A DNA stretch of 24,999 nucleotides from Longimicrobiales bacterium (lineage in GTDB: Bacteria; Gemmatimonadota; Gemmatimonadetes; Longimicrobiales; RSA9). The notes below the pieces were generated by a model, which did no database searches, was not told where the DNA came from, and worked only from the letters and a program-made list of their open reading frames with translations. This document shows, piece after piece, positions 7,367 to 17,300 of the stretch (within the stretch, counting starts at the first letter, position 1; the number at the start of each line of letters is the position of its first letter). Where the stretch lies: NCBI GenBank assembly GCA_033722595.1, contig JAWVYT010000001.1:1-24999 (forward strand), in the 5' to 3' direction. A program made the translations under genes and the position numbers.

Positions 7367-8890
7367 TCACGAGGCTTCCAGCACGACGGTGACGGTGGCG
7401 ACGGCCACGTCGGCGGGCAGAGTGATGGAGCCCTCCTCGGGGTCGTAATCGGACCACGGGCGTCCGTCGATCTCCACCGCCGTGATCCGGATCTCCGGGT
7501 CCTCCAGCAGGGAGGGGTGGAGCGTCGCTCCATTCGGCTCCACGATGCGGTAGTGGAGCGTCGCGGGCTCCTCCTCGACCCAGAGAGTGAGGTAGAGATA
7601 GTTGAGGAGCGCGTACTCCATGGAGTGATACGACGTCTTCGTGCGGACGGCTTTATCACCCCTGTGGAGGGACCCATCGAGGTATACGCTGAGATACACG
7701 GCGCCGTGCTCGGGGTCCATGAAGGCCCGGTTCCAGAACTCTGCGCCCGAGCGGAACACCTCGAGGTGCCGACGGTCCCCGGTCAGCCGATACTGGTACA
7801 GCTGCACCATGTTCCCGTACGCCTGGACCCACCAGGGCGTGGTGTTCCTGTGCACCTCGCCGGTAGCCAGCCGCAGCTGATGGGCCCACGCGCCGGTCTC
7901 CGGCTGGTACGCGTGCTCCAGCATGGAGGTCGCGAGCCGAAGGCCCTGGTCGCGGTAGGCGTCGTCACCGGTGAGGAGGTGGAGCCGCATGAGCAGCCAC
8001 CCGGTCTCCAGGTCGTGGCCGACGTTCGTCCGACGATCCTCGGGGCCATCGTACCGCCAGCTCCGATCGAACCGGCCCAGGACCCAGCCGGTCTCCGGGT
8101 CCCGTGTGCGCTCCATCACCACGCCCAGGATCCGCTCCATCCGCTGGAGGAGCACGGGGTCCCGCAGGGCGGGGTAGAGGTACGCCAGGTAGCCGGAGAC
8201 GTGGGCGATCTGGGGAGAGAAGTCCTTTCGCCATTCCCGGACCGACAGGTCCCGGTTCAGGCTGCGCACGTAGCCGCCGAGCTCCTCGTCCCAGGCGTGC
8301 CGCTCGAGGATCTCCATGGACCGATCGAGGTACCGGCGCACCACCGGATCCCGCGTCACGACCCAGTACATGGCCAGTCCGGTCACGGCGTACGCCTGGT
8401 TGAACAGGTCCTTGGTGTCGGCGACGATGCTCCCGTCCCGGTCCAGTTCGTCGTACCAGCCCCCGTACGCCTCGTCCCACCCGTGGTCCACCAGGAAGCC
8501 GAAGACGTCACCGGCGACATCCAGATGAGCGGCATCGCCGGTCAGGAGGTAGGCCGCGGAATAGCTGAAGAGGTGACGGGCCACCATGCCGGGGTACTTG
8601 TGGAGGTCGCGACTCGGCCGCCACTCCCGGTCCATCTCGGCGAAGAACGCGCCCGCCTCGGTGTCCTGGCCGTTGCGGGTCCAGGCGGGGAGCACGTCCT
8701 CGAGCCCCTGTGCCCGCCAGTAGTCGCCGTCCAGGAGGGCATCGGCCGTGACACCCGCGGTCGGCTCGTCGGTCACGGACTCGGCCGACGCCGAAGCGCC
8801 TGCGCCGGTCGGGCCACAGGCCGCGCAGGAGAATGCGAGGGCGGGGAGCAGCAGCCGGGCCCCCGATCGGACCGTGTTCGGGGCCCTCAT
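7367..8890 (-). CDS. AGE-family (N-acylglucosamine/cellobiose 2-epimerase, YihS-like fold) epimerase/isomerase with probable lipoprotein signal
   Basis: ARHLFSYS, GWDEAYGGWY, KDLFNQAY, VGHDLETGWLL, WWVQA, SYH. ATG 8890 overlaps the upstream stop (ATGA). Signal LLLPALAFSCAAC; 507 aa. Confidence 0.85.
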   Translation of the reverse strand: MRAPNTVRSGARLLLPALAFSCAACGPTGAGASASAESVTDEPTAGVTADALLDGDYWRAQGLEDVLPAWTRNGQDTEAGAFFAEMDREWRPSRDLHKYPGMVARHLFSYSAAYLLTGDAAHLDVAGDVFGFLVDHGWDEAYGGWYDELDRDGSIVADTKDLFNQAYAVTGLAMYWVVTRDPVVRRYLDRSMEILERHAWDEELGGYVRSLNRDLSVREWRKDFSPQIAHVSGYLAYLYPALRDPVLLQRMERILGVVMERTRDPETGWVLGRFDRSWRYDGPEDRRTNVGHDLETGWLLMRLHLLTGDDAYRDQGLRLATSMLEHAYQPETGAWAHQLRLATGEVHRNTTPWWVQAYGNMVQLYQYRLTGDRRHLEVFRSGAEFWNRAFMDPEHGAVYLSVYLDGSLHRGDKAVRTKTSYHSMEYALLNYLYLTLWVEEEPATLHYRIVEPNGATLHPSLLEDPEIRITAVEIDGRPWSDYDPEEGSITLPADVAVATVTVVLEAS

Positions 8891-10932
8891 GGCCGCCTCG
8901 GCGGTGGCAGCACGCCGGGGACGGCGATGATCGGGCTGTCGGCCAGTCGGGACATGACATCGATCCGGCGCTCCACGAGGCCGTTCCGGTTCACGTCCAG
9001 GACCGCCGCGATCCGGTAGCGTCCCGGCGGGATGCTCTCGAAGCGGAAGGCGCCGTCGGGTCCCGCGGCGGTCTCGAGCACGGGCTGCGCCAGGTACGGC
9101 TCGATCTTCCGATACGGCAGGTCGGCCATGTAGAGGCCGACCCGGATCGTGGCGTCGCCGGGCTCGCCCTCGATGTCCAGCGCTCCCCGGAGCGTGCGAC
9201 CCTCGAGGACCAGGCTGGCGGCGCGCAGGTCCACGGCGGTCACGTCGGTGTCCAGGAGGTCCGGCGGAAGATCGAAATGAATGGCCGCGGTCTCCTCGCG
9301 GGCCCGAACCGTCACCGGGTGGCCGTAGATCAGGGTCCGGAGGTCCTCGTAAGCGCTTTTGTCGCTCGTCGGGCCGGGGTTCCGAGGGTCGGCCTCCGCC
9401 ACGTAGATGTAGAACGTGCCCGGCGCCAGCCGGTCGATCCTCCAGCGGCCGTCCTCGTCGGCTACCGTCCGCTGTCCCCAGAATCCGCCGGTGTAGTTGG
9501 GCCACGCCGGGATGCGCCGCACACCCACGGCGACGACGTTCTCGCCGTGGTAGTCCACGGTGCCCGCGATGCTGCCGAGGAGGGTGTCGGGGTCGAGGGG
9601 TGGGGTGGCCGGGTGATCGGGGTCCACCAGCCGTAGCGCCTCATCGATGATCCGGACGCCGTAATGGGGCTGGAACCGGACGCCCTTGGCCTGGTAGGTG
9701 ACGGCCTCGAGGGCCAGGTGCTCGGGCACGATGTAGCCGATGTAGTCATCGGCGTTCGTGATGAGCATGTTCTTCTCGAGGGGCGAGCCGGCCTCGTAGC
9801 GGTACCCCAGGTCCACGCCCAGCTCGCCGGGGATGGTGGCGAGGACCGCGTCGTTCAGGACCAGGGCCTGGAGGAGGGTCTCGTGGCTGTCCCCGTCCCG
9901 GCGCGGGATCTCCGCCGTGGTGGAGCGGAACGCGAGGTCGACCTGCCGTCGTGTCTCCGTCCGGTCGAGGAGGGCCACGACCTCTTCGCCCAGCTTCTCC
10001 ATGAAGACGAGCTTCGGCGGGGCCTCCTCACCCCGGATCCGGGTGTCGGCTCGCCGGGGCTGCTGGTCACCCGCCGCGCCGCCCGAAAACATGATGAACG
10101 GGTCGGTGGCGATGTCGTTCTTCCGCTGGTAGCGCTCGTACAGCAGGTCCAGCCGCTTCCTGGCCTCCACGTACTCCCGGACGAACCCGGGCCAGTCCGG
10201 CCCCGTCTGCCCGACATCGCTCCACTCGGTGAAGATGGTGGGATGGGACCCGTAGTTGAACATGGCGCCACGGAAGTTGCCGTCGGCGTCGTCGACGCGC
10301 AGTACGTAGAGGAGCGGGTTGGCCAGGCCCGACAGCTCGGCTCGGTTCAGGTTCAGATCCTCCTGCGCCCGGGTCTTCCCGACACCGATCCGGGCGTCGA
10401 ACCGGGTCGCCATGGCCTCCTCGGCGGCCCGGGTCGCCCGGTCCGCCAGGAAGCTCCGGACCTCCTGGCCGTGCGTCCGGGGGTACGAGTGGTTGTGGGT
10501 TGCTGCCACGATCATGTGACGGACGTCGAGCCCCGTGGCTTCGGCTACCCGGCGCTTGATCCACTCCCCGTCGCCCCGACGGATCCCGATGACGTCGAAC
10601 TCCAGGAGCAGGGTTTCGACACCGTCGACCTCGATGAGGAGAGCATGGACCAGCGCACTGTCGTAGTACCCCGTCGTCGGCTCCGGACGCCCGTACGAGA
10701 GGCGGACCGGGAACTCCGGCGTGATATCCGCCTCGCCGAACCCCACGCGGACGGCGCCCGACGCCCGGACCTCGTACACGGGCGCGGCGGTCCGGGCGTC
10801 CCGGCCAAGCGGAGGGATTCCGGGACCCGGCTCCGCCCCGGAGGCTCCCGGCAGCGCCAGGAACGCGGTCAGGCACACCACGACGGACGACCGGCACTCC
10901 CCGGCGCCGGCGAGCCCTCGCCTCCGGGTCAC
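8887..10932 (-). CDS. Exported neutral/alkaline ceramidase-like amidase domain plus C-terminal beta-sandwich (carboxypeptidase-regulatory-like) domains
   Basis: GFGEADITP, AATHNHSYP, NYGSHPT, GAAGDQQP, NADDYIGYIVP; C-terminal WRIDRLAPGTFYIYV and FRFESIPPGRYRIAAVLDVNRNG. GTG 10932 overlaps the upstream TGA; signal peptide-like N-terminus; 681 aa. Confidence 0.78.
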   Translation of the reverse strand: MTRRRGLAGAGECRSSVVVCLTAFLALPGASGAEPGPGIPPLGRDARTAAPVYEVRASGAVRVGFGEADITPEFPVRLSYGRPEPTTGYYDSALVHALLIEVDGVETLLLEFDVIGIRRGDGEWIKRRVAEATGLDVRHMIVAATHNHSYPRTHGQEVRSFLADRATRAAEEAMATRFDARIGVGKTRAQEDLNLNRAELSGLANPLLYVLRVDDADGNFRGAMFNYGSHPTIFTEWSDVGQTGPDWPGFVREYVEARKRLDLLYERYQRKNDIATDPFIMFSGGAAGDQQPRRADTRIRGEEAPPKLVFMEKLGEEVVALLDRTETRRQVDLAFRSTTAEIPRRDGDSHETLLQALVLNDAVLATIPGELGVDLGYRYEAGSPLEKNMLITNADDYIGYIVPEHLALEAVTYQAKGVRFQPHYGVRIIDEALRLVDPDHPATPPLDPDTLLGSIAGTVDYHGENVVAVGVRRIPAWPNYTGGFWGQRTVADEDGRWRIDRLAPGTFYIYVAEADPRNPGPTSDKSAYEDLRTLIYGHPVTVRAREETAAIHFDLPPDLLDTDVTAVDLRAASLVLEGRTLRGALDIEGEPGDATIRVGLYMADLPYRKIEPYLAQPVLETAAGPDGAFRFESIPPGRYRIAAVLDVNRNGLVERRIDVMSRLADSPIIAVPGVLPPPRRP

Positions 10933-12581
10933 CGGTCCGGGCCTCCCGTGAGTCCCAGCGCCTCGCGCCAGGCCGCCCGGGCCGCGTCGGGGCCCACCGG
11001 GCGCCGGGCCTGGACCGTGATCGTGACCGGTGCCGCGGCGTCGATGGCGAGGGGGCGGGGCCGGACCCAGGCGGCGAGGCTGTTGATGTCGGCCCATCGG
11101 GGGTGAACCTCGATGAACCGGGTGACCTCCGCCTCGGTCAGGAAGTTCCGGGTCTCCCGATACGGCATCGCGTAGACGGCCGAGACGGTGGAGCCGTCCC
11201 TGCCGTTCGGCGTCTCGAATCGGACCTGGAGCCGGCCGTCCACCAGGAATCGGTCCCGCTCCAGGGCGTGGAAGAGGACAGCGTGCGACCGGTCGGCGTA
11301 CGAGTACATGTGCGCCGTGTCCGCGTCCTCGACGTAACCCTCCCGGTCCTGCTGCGGGTTGATGGAGCCCAGGAACTCCCAATCCCCGTCCGCCGTTCGG
11401 AGGGAGACCCGGTGCTCCGAGTGATCGAAGTCGTGGCCGTAGATCCAGAGGTCGAACCGCTCTCGCGGCTCGATCGCGCCGCCGGCCTCGAGGAGTCGGA
11501 GGTAGCCGTACGTGAAACGGTCCCGGGAGGTCCCGATGACGGAGCCCGCGGGACCGATGGCGCCCTGGCTGTTGGGGACGAACGGGTCGAACGAGACGTC
11601 GTAGAGCCGGTCCTCGGAGACACCGGGGTCCCGGGAGATCAGCATGTGATTGGTGGCCGAGTAGTTCGGCCAGTACCAGCCGAGGCCGTCGGGCTCGCCG
11701 GCCATCATGGCGTCGACGTTGGTGTCGATCTCCCACCGGCTCGGCGTGTGGCCCAGCCGGATCGTGTGGATCTGCCCCAGCTGATAGGCGCCGACGCCGT
11801 AACGGTCCGCCACGGTCCGGATGTTCCGGACCACGTCGGTTATGTAGTCGTTTATCCCCTCGATCCCGAAGCCCCGGGCGAGCCAGCCTCGGTAGATGTC
11901 GGAGTAGATGAAGTCCGGCGTGGCCCCGTGCTCCGTCGCCCGGCGCATGAACTCGTCGATCAGCGAGTATTCACCGGCCATCGCCTCCGACGCGTTGTGC
12001 GGGTGGTGGAGGAAGACCCCGACCTCCACGGTGGGCATCTCCTCCTTTAGGGCCCGGGACATCATGGCGAATGCCTCCGGGGCGTGACGCCGGAACTGGT
12101 CGAAGTCGAGGAAGTAGTCCCGGTGTCCGTCCACGAGATCCCGGCCGAACCCGCCGAGGGGCGCCTCATCGAACAGGCTGATCCGCCCGCCGTCCGGGTA
12201 GTACTCGTTGAAGATCCGGGCGATGGCGCGGAACCGGGCCAGTGCGGGGGCCCGCTTCTCCGGATCCTCGACGAACTCGCGGGCTGTTGCCTCCCGGCCC
12301 GGTCCGATCTCCAGCCACACCTCCTCGATGCCCAGCTCGGTGGTCCATTCGAAGAAGTTGCGGAGCCCTAACGTGTCCCGGTTGCCGGACTGATAGGGAA
12401 CGATGTCGTGCCGCTTCGCGAAGGTGAGCATGGTCCGGAAGAGCTCCGGGTCACCCTCCATGAGGTTCTGCCCGCCGGTCCACATGTGAACCTCCAGCTC
12501 CTGCCCGTCGGCCAAGGACGCGCCGAGACCCGCGAAGGAAAGGAGGAGCAGGGCTTCCACGCACCGTCGTCTGAATGCCAT
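10929..12581 (-). CDS. Exported hypothetical protein (~550 aa); possible TIM-barrel glycoside-hydrolase-like domain plus C-terminal domain
   Basis: Signal peptide MAFRRRCVEALLLLSFAGLGASLA; protein-like composition; in line with the operon. Start 12581 (alternative 12611). No family recognised with confidence. Confidence 0.75.
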   Translation of the reverse strand: MAFRRRCVEALLLLSFAGLGASLADGQELEVHMWTGGQNLMEGDPELFRTMLTFAKRHDIVPYQSGNRDTLGLRNFFEWTTELGIEEVWLEIGPGREATAREFVEDPEKRAPALARFRAIARIFNEYYPDGGRISLFDEAPLGGFGRDLVDGHRDYFLDFDQFRRHAPEAFAMMSRALKEEMPTVEVGVFLHHPHNASEAMAGEYSLIDEFMRRATEHGATPDFIYSDIYRGWLARGFGIEGINDYITDVVRNIRTVADRYGVGAYQLGQIHTIRLGHTPSRWEIDTNVDAMMAGEPDGLGWYWPNYSATNHMLISRDPGVSEDRLYDVSFDPFVPNSQGAIGPAGSVIGTSRDRFTYGYLRLLEAGGAIEPRERFDLWIYGHDFDHSEHRVSLRTADGDWEFLGSINPQQDREGYVEDADTAHMYSYADRSHAVLFHALERDRFLVDGRLQVRFETPNGRDGSTVSAVYAMPYRETRNFLTEAEVTRFIEVHPRWADINSLAAWVRPRPLAIDAAAPVTITVQARRPVGPDAARAAWREALGLTGGPDR

Positions 12582-12672
12582 TGAGATCTCTCGGGAGAAA
12601 AACGTTGCCATCTGTGTGGTCTGTGCGTCGGTGGGCCCGCCGCATTTGCGGGTGTCGGGCATCGGATACGCA

Positions 12673-12708
12673 CCGGCGGCGCGGCCCGAACGCGGACCAC
12701 GCCGCCGG
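12673..12708 (-). other. Strong RNA hairpin between susD and downstream genes (stabiliser or attenuator)
   Basis: 16-bp stem with a 4-nt loop. The two plus-strand C/A mismatches become G-U pairs on the minus (coding) strand. Begins about 30 nt after the susD stop; no U-tract follows. Confidence 0.6.
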
Positions 12709-12739
12709 CCGGCTTCCCGAGCCGGGGTCTGGCCCGGCG

Positions 12740-14320
12740 CTACTGCACGCTGATGTCTGAGTCCGCGCTGTACTCGCCGCCCCCGCCAAAGCTGTACACC
12801 TGGAGCCCGAAGGACTCCAGCTCCTCGGCCGGGATCGGCAGCTGCTCGAACGTACCGGGCTGGAGCGTGCCGAAGCCCCGCCGGTCGAACCACGTGAGCC
12901 ATACGTCCAGGCCCATCCCCTCGATGAGCCGCTCGTGGTGGAGCGCGTCCATGAGAGTGCCACACGCGGTGCCATCCTGCGTCCTCGGGATGCACGACGA
13001 CAGGCCGCCAGGGACGCCCGCAGCCGTGACGGGCGGGAGCTGCCCGTTGGCTTCCCGGGTGATATTGATGAGGGTGGCAGCGCCGTCAGGGTCGCTGGTC
13101 CGGAGCAGGGCCTCGGCCTTCAGCAGGTTCATCTCGTCCACCGTGATGACCGGGTTCAGCGCCTCCGCCCAGGGAAACGTGGTCCCGGCGAACCGCTCCC
13201 ACTTGTACCGGCCGTGGAGGTACTCATCCGTGGAGCCCACGTTGATGGCCTCGTCGGTCCACCGGAAATAGAGCCCCGGCGTCTGGGGCCCGCCGGCCCC
13301 GGCGATGCGTCGGTCCGCCGTCTGGACGTCGAACGGCGCCATCTGGTCCTGACTGGCCGCCACCCAAGCGGCGAAGACACCGGTCGTATCCGCCGGCCCC
13401 AGGAGCCGGAAGTCGGCGCTCCAGCGCTGGGCCAGGATCTGCATCAGGTACTGGAAGTACGCCGAGTTGAGCCCGCCCGTGGTCATCTGGACCATGAAAT
13501 CGCTCTGGATCCCGGCGTCCACGTGCTGGATCACCTGGGTCCAGTCCACGGCCTGCCGCTCCGTCGGGTTCCGGGGTGTGTACACCAGGAGGCGGGCCAT
13601 GTAGCTGTGAGCCAGCTCCACCAGCTCGGCGTTGGTCAGAGGGTTGCCGCCGGCCCAGGAGGCCGGGGTTTCGAACGCCGGTGCCGCCGTGGCGATGTCG
13701 ATGGCGTTCTGGAGCGAGGTCATGGCGAACGCCTGGACCTCCGGGTACGGCCGGTAGGCCAGCTCGGCCTCGTTCTGGAAATCGGTGTCCACGTCGGCCA
13801 GCGTGGCCTGATCGAAGATCATGGCCAGGTACCCGTAGAGGATCCCGTGGTTGAGCCACGCGAAAGCCTCGGCCCGGGCGTTCGCGGCCGCTTCGGTGGC
13901 GGCGCCGGCATCCGGTGGGAACGAGATGTCGTTGTCGTAGAAGGCCCGCAGCCCGTCCATGGCGTTGGCCGCGCCGGCGTACGCCTCGTACCAGGGCGCC
14001 TCGACCAGCGGGCCCGTGTTGCCCACCTGGGAATTGGGGAAGAGCCCACGGGGCTCCGTGGCGAAGTCGATGAGGTTCCGGTGGTTGGCCGTCCCCTCGT
14101 CGGAGTAGCCGGGGATCCGGGCGGCCGAGCCCACCTGGTCCTGACCCACGGCCCACACCGAGTTCCAGGACGCCGCGATGAGGTTCTGCACCGCCACGGC
14201 ATCGGACAGCGCGGCCGTGCGGTCCGGGTCCGTGATGTTCTCGACTGCAAGGTCCTCGCACCCCGCGGTCAACCCGAGGAGCACGAACGCACTGAATAGA
14301 AGTGTCTTGTTCATTGGCAT
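12740..14320 (-). CDS. susD: SusD/RagB-like outer-membrane nutrient-binding lipoprotein
   Basis: Lipobox LTAGC; C-terminal EMNLLKAEALLR, LINITR, LHHERLIE, FDRRG, QLPIPAEE; directly downstream of the SusC-like gene. Start 14320 or 14314. Confidence 0.85.
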   Translation of the reverse strand: MPMNKTLLFSAFVLLGLTAGCEDLAVENITDPDRTAALSDAVAVQNLIAASWNSVWAVGQDQVGSAARIPGYSDEGTANHRNLIDFATEPRGLFPNSQVGNTGPLVEAPWYEAYAGAANAMDGLRAFYDNDISFPPDAGAATEAAANARAEAFAWLNHGILYGYLAMIFDQATLADVDTDFQNEAELAYRPYPEVQAFAMTSLQNAIDIATAAPAFETPASWAGGNPLTNAELVELAHSYMARLLVYTPRNPTERQAVDWTQVIQHVDAGIQSDFMVQMTTGGLNSAYFQYLMQILAQRWSADFRLLGPADTTGVFAAWVAASQDQMAPFDVQTADRRIAGAGGPQTPGLYFRWTDEAINVGSTDEYLHGRYKWERFAGTTFPWAEALNPVITVDEMNLLKAEALLRTSDPDGAATLINITREANGQLPPVTAAGVPGGLSSCIPRTQDGTACGTLMDALHHERLIEGMGLDVWLTWFDRRGFGTLQPGTFEQLPIPAEELESFGLQVYSFGGGGEYSADSDISVQ

Positions 14321-14339
14321 ACCGTGTGTTCTCGGGTAG

Positions 14340-17300
14340 TTAGAAGGTGATCTCGACCGTGGCCGTGAGCTGACGGAGGTTCGGGTAGCCAAAGGCGTCG
14401 TACCGGTTCAGCACCGTGCCCACGTCCGGGTCGTATCCGCTGTAGCCCGTGAGGGTGAACAGGTTCCGGCCCGTGATCCCCAACGTCAGGTTCTGTGGCG
14501 CCATGGAGCCCGGGAGCCACCCCAGCTGGCCCCGGTTGAACGTGTAGGCCAGCTGGATCGCCTGGAGCTTGAGGAACGTCGCGTCCTCGACAAACGGGTC
14601 GGTGAAGATGTTGTTGTTATAGAGCCCGCGCTGGTAGTAGCGGCGGCTCTTCTTCGTTTCCTCCGACTTGCCCCGCTGGTCCAGGTCGCCGTGCTGGCTG
14701 AGACGGTACATGCGCTGCCGCGTGTAGTTGTACACATCTCCACCGATCTGGCCGCGCAAGTGGGCGTGTACGGACAGCCCCTTCCACGTGACGTTCGAGA
14801 GGAAGCCGTAGCTGAAATCGGGCTTCATGCTCCCGATCTTGAACGTCAGCTGCTCCCCCGTCGCCGGGTCGAACATGGCCACCGGCCAGCCCCAGTCGTA
14901 GCGGACGCCGTCGATCGTGGTCCGCGTCTCCCAGTTCACCCTGCCGGTCCCGGAATCCTCGAGCCCGTCCCGCCACGTGTTCCCGGCTCCGACCCAGACG
15001 ACGTAGCCCTCGTCGTTCACGTCGAACTCATCCTCGAAGCCGGCCAGCCCGATATCGGCCAGCTGGTCGAGGCTCGTCAGGAACTGGCTCCCGTAGATGT
15101 CGTAGAGAGAGTTGCCCTCGTCGTAGATGCGGAGGCCGTCGCGGAGCGGCGCGATGGGCCATTCCGTGATCGTGCTGGTGGTTTGGTCCCCCACGAACGT
15201 CGCCGTCCACCGCAGGTTGTCGCTCTGGATCAGCGACGCCTCGAGGCTCATCTCGAGGGCCGTCCCCTCGATGGTCCCGATGTTGTCCCACTGGTACTGG
15301 TAGCCCGTCACCGCACGCTGCGGACGACGGAGGATCATGTCTTCGGTCCGCTGCGTCGCGTACGTCAGCTGCAGCAGGTAGCGATCGTACAGCGCCACGT
15401 CGAGCCCGACCTCCTGCTCCCGGGCGAACTCGGGCTTGAGCGCCCGGTTGCCCAGGGTCCCGCGGGTGAACGTCACCGTCTGCCCGTCGGCCGAGACATC
15501 CACGTCCCAGGTCTCGTACTGGAAGGCGAAGTCCGGGCGGTTCCCGGCCGTGCCCAGCGAGTACCGGGGCTTGAACTCCGTGATCACGTCGGCGAACGGC
15601 CACCAGGGCTCCTCGCTTACCCGGTACGCTAGCGCGGTCCGGAAGTACGTGTGCCACCGCTCTTCGGGACCGAACAGCGAGCTGCCGTCCTGTCGCACGA
15701 GGAAGCTGCCGATGTACTTGTCCGAATAGTCCAGTGCCAGGTCCGCGAAGTACCCGTTCGCACGGATCGTCTCGTTCGTCGAGCGGATCGTGCGGTCCCG
15801 GGCCAGGTTTACGTCGCTCGTGCCCAGCACGGCGAAGTCCTCACCCCGCGTCTGGACGTCCACCAGGTCCCGGCTCTCGAAGCTCCCCGCGAACGTGAGT
15901 CGCGAGTTCAGCAGTCCGAAGTTCTCCGTGAGGGTGGCCCTCAGGCTCCCGTTCTGCGTGTCCATCGTCCGCTCCCGCAGGTCCAGGAGGCCGGGCGACG
16001 GGAACGTCTCCGGGTTGCCCGAGAAGGGGTTGATCGGCGTGCCCGCCGGCAGGTGCCACTGGTTGTTCCGGTCGAGCCGGTCGTACGAGAACTGACCGCT
16101 GATCCGCAGCCACTGAGCGGGTGAGTAGTTCAGCGCGATGTTGCCCAGCGTCCGCGAGCGCTTCTCCCAGTTGTCCCGGGTCTGGGCGAGGAAGAGAGGG
16201 TTCTCCTGCCAGTACGACGAGTCGGGGAACTGGACATAGAGCCCCGTTTCGGGATCGATCTTCCCGATGTCGAACTCGTTCCGGTACCGCATGAGCTGGA
16301 AGAACGCTCCCTGTCCGGTGGCCCCGGACTCACCCTCGTCGATGGTCTCCCGGAACGACCGGTTGTGGTACCCGCTGAACGACAGCGAGAGGTTGTCCAT
16401 GATCCGGTGATCCAGGTTGAAGCGGAAGTTGTAGCGCTCGAAACCCTCGTGCCCCGGGATGGAGCCGGCCTCGTCGTAGAGGTTGAACGACGTCAGGAAG
16501 TTCGTCTTCTCCGAGTTCCGGCTCACGCCAAACGACTGCATGAGGAACCGGCCTGGCTTGTAGAACGTCCCGATGTGGTCGTAGAGCGGGTCGATATAGC
16601 TCTGGTCCGCGATCTGTCCCGGGTTGTTGGCGAAGCCCTCGCAGTTCGGATAGAAGCGCCGGCACCCAAGGTCGCCGTCCCGGTCGAGCATGTCGCCGGT
16701 ACGGACCAGGCGCCCGTGAGAATCCGTGTAGGGCTCGCCCTCGTTCACGACCCGCCAGTGCGCCTCCAAGGACGGGATCCGGCGCGGCAGGGCGCTCGCG
16801 CCCGCCTCCGAGCGGTACGTGAACCGTGTCTGGTCCAGGGCCACGCCCGAGCCCCGAGCCGTCCGGATCTGGATCACGCCCGCCGCCGCCCGGGACCCGT
16901 AGAGCGACGCCGCGGCCGCTCCCTTGATCACCTCGATGGACTCGATGTCCAGAGCCTCGAGATCGATGGTCCCGGCGCCCAGGATCACGCCGTCTACCAC
17001 GTACAGCGGCTCGTTCCCCGTGAAGACCGTGGTCGGGGTCCGGAGCTGAATGCTGACCTCCTCACCGGGCTGCCCGCTGGGTCGCGTGATGTTCACACCG
17101 GCGACCTTCCCCTGCAGCGACTGCAGCGCCGCCCCGGTGGCCGGAACCGTCGCAACGTTCTCGGCGCTGACACGCCCCACCGTGAAGGGGAGCTTCTTCC
17201 CCTGGACGGGATCCACCACGCCGGTCACGACGATCTCGTCGAGGGACAGCGCCGTCTGCCGGAGCACGAAGTCCACCACGTGCGTGCCCGACTCCAGCGT

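Noticed and set aside
7367-12995. Apparent overlapping giant ORFs (712, 949 and 688 aa) suggesting nested genes or fusions
   Set aside because: The N-terminal extensions are off-frame reads of upstream genes. Trimmed starts give signal peptides, and two of the three give clean 4-nt start/stop overlaps.
3450-14299. Long plus-strand ORFs (3450-5243, 7178-9019, 9664-11106, 11103-12050, 12935-14299)
   Set aside because: Each mirrors a well-supported minus-strand gene, with no recognisable motifs.
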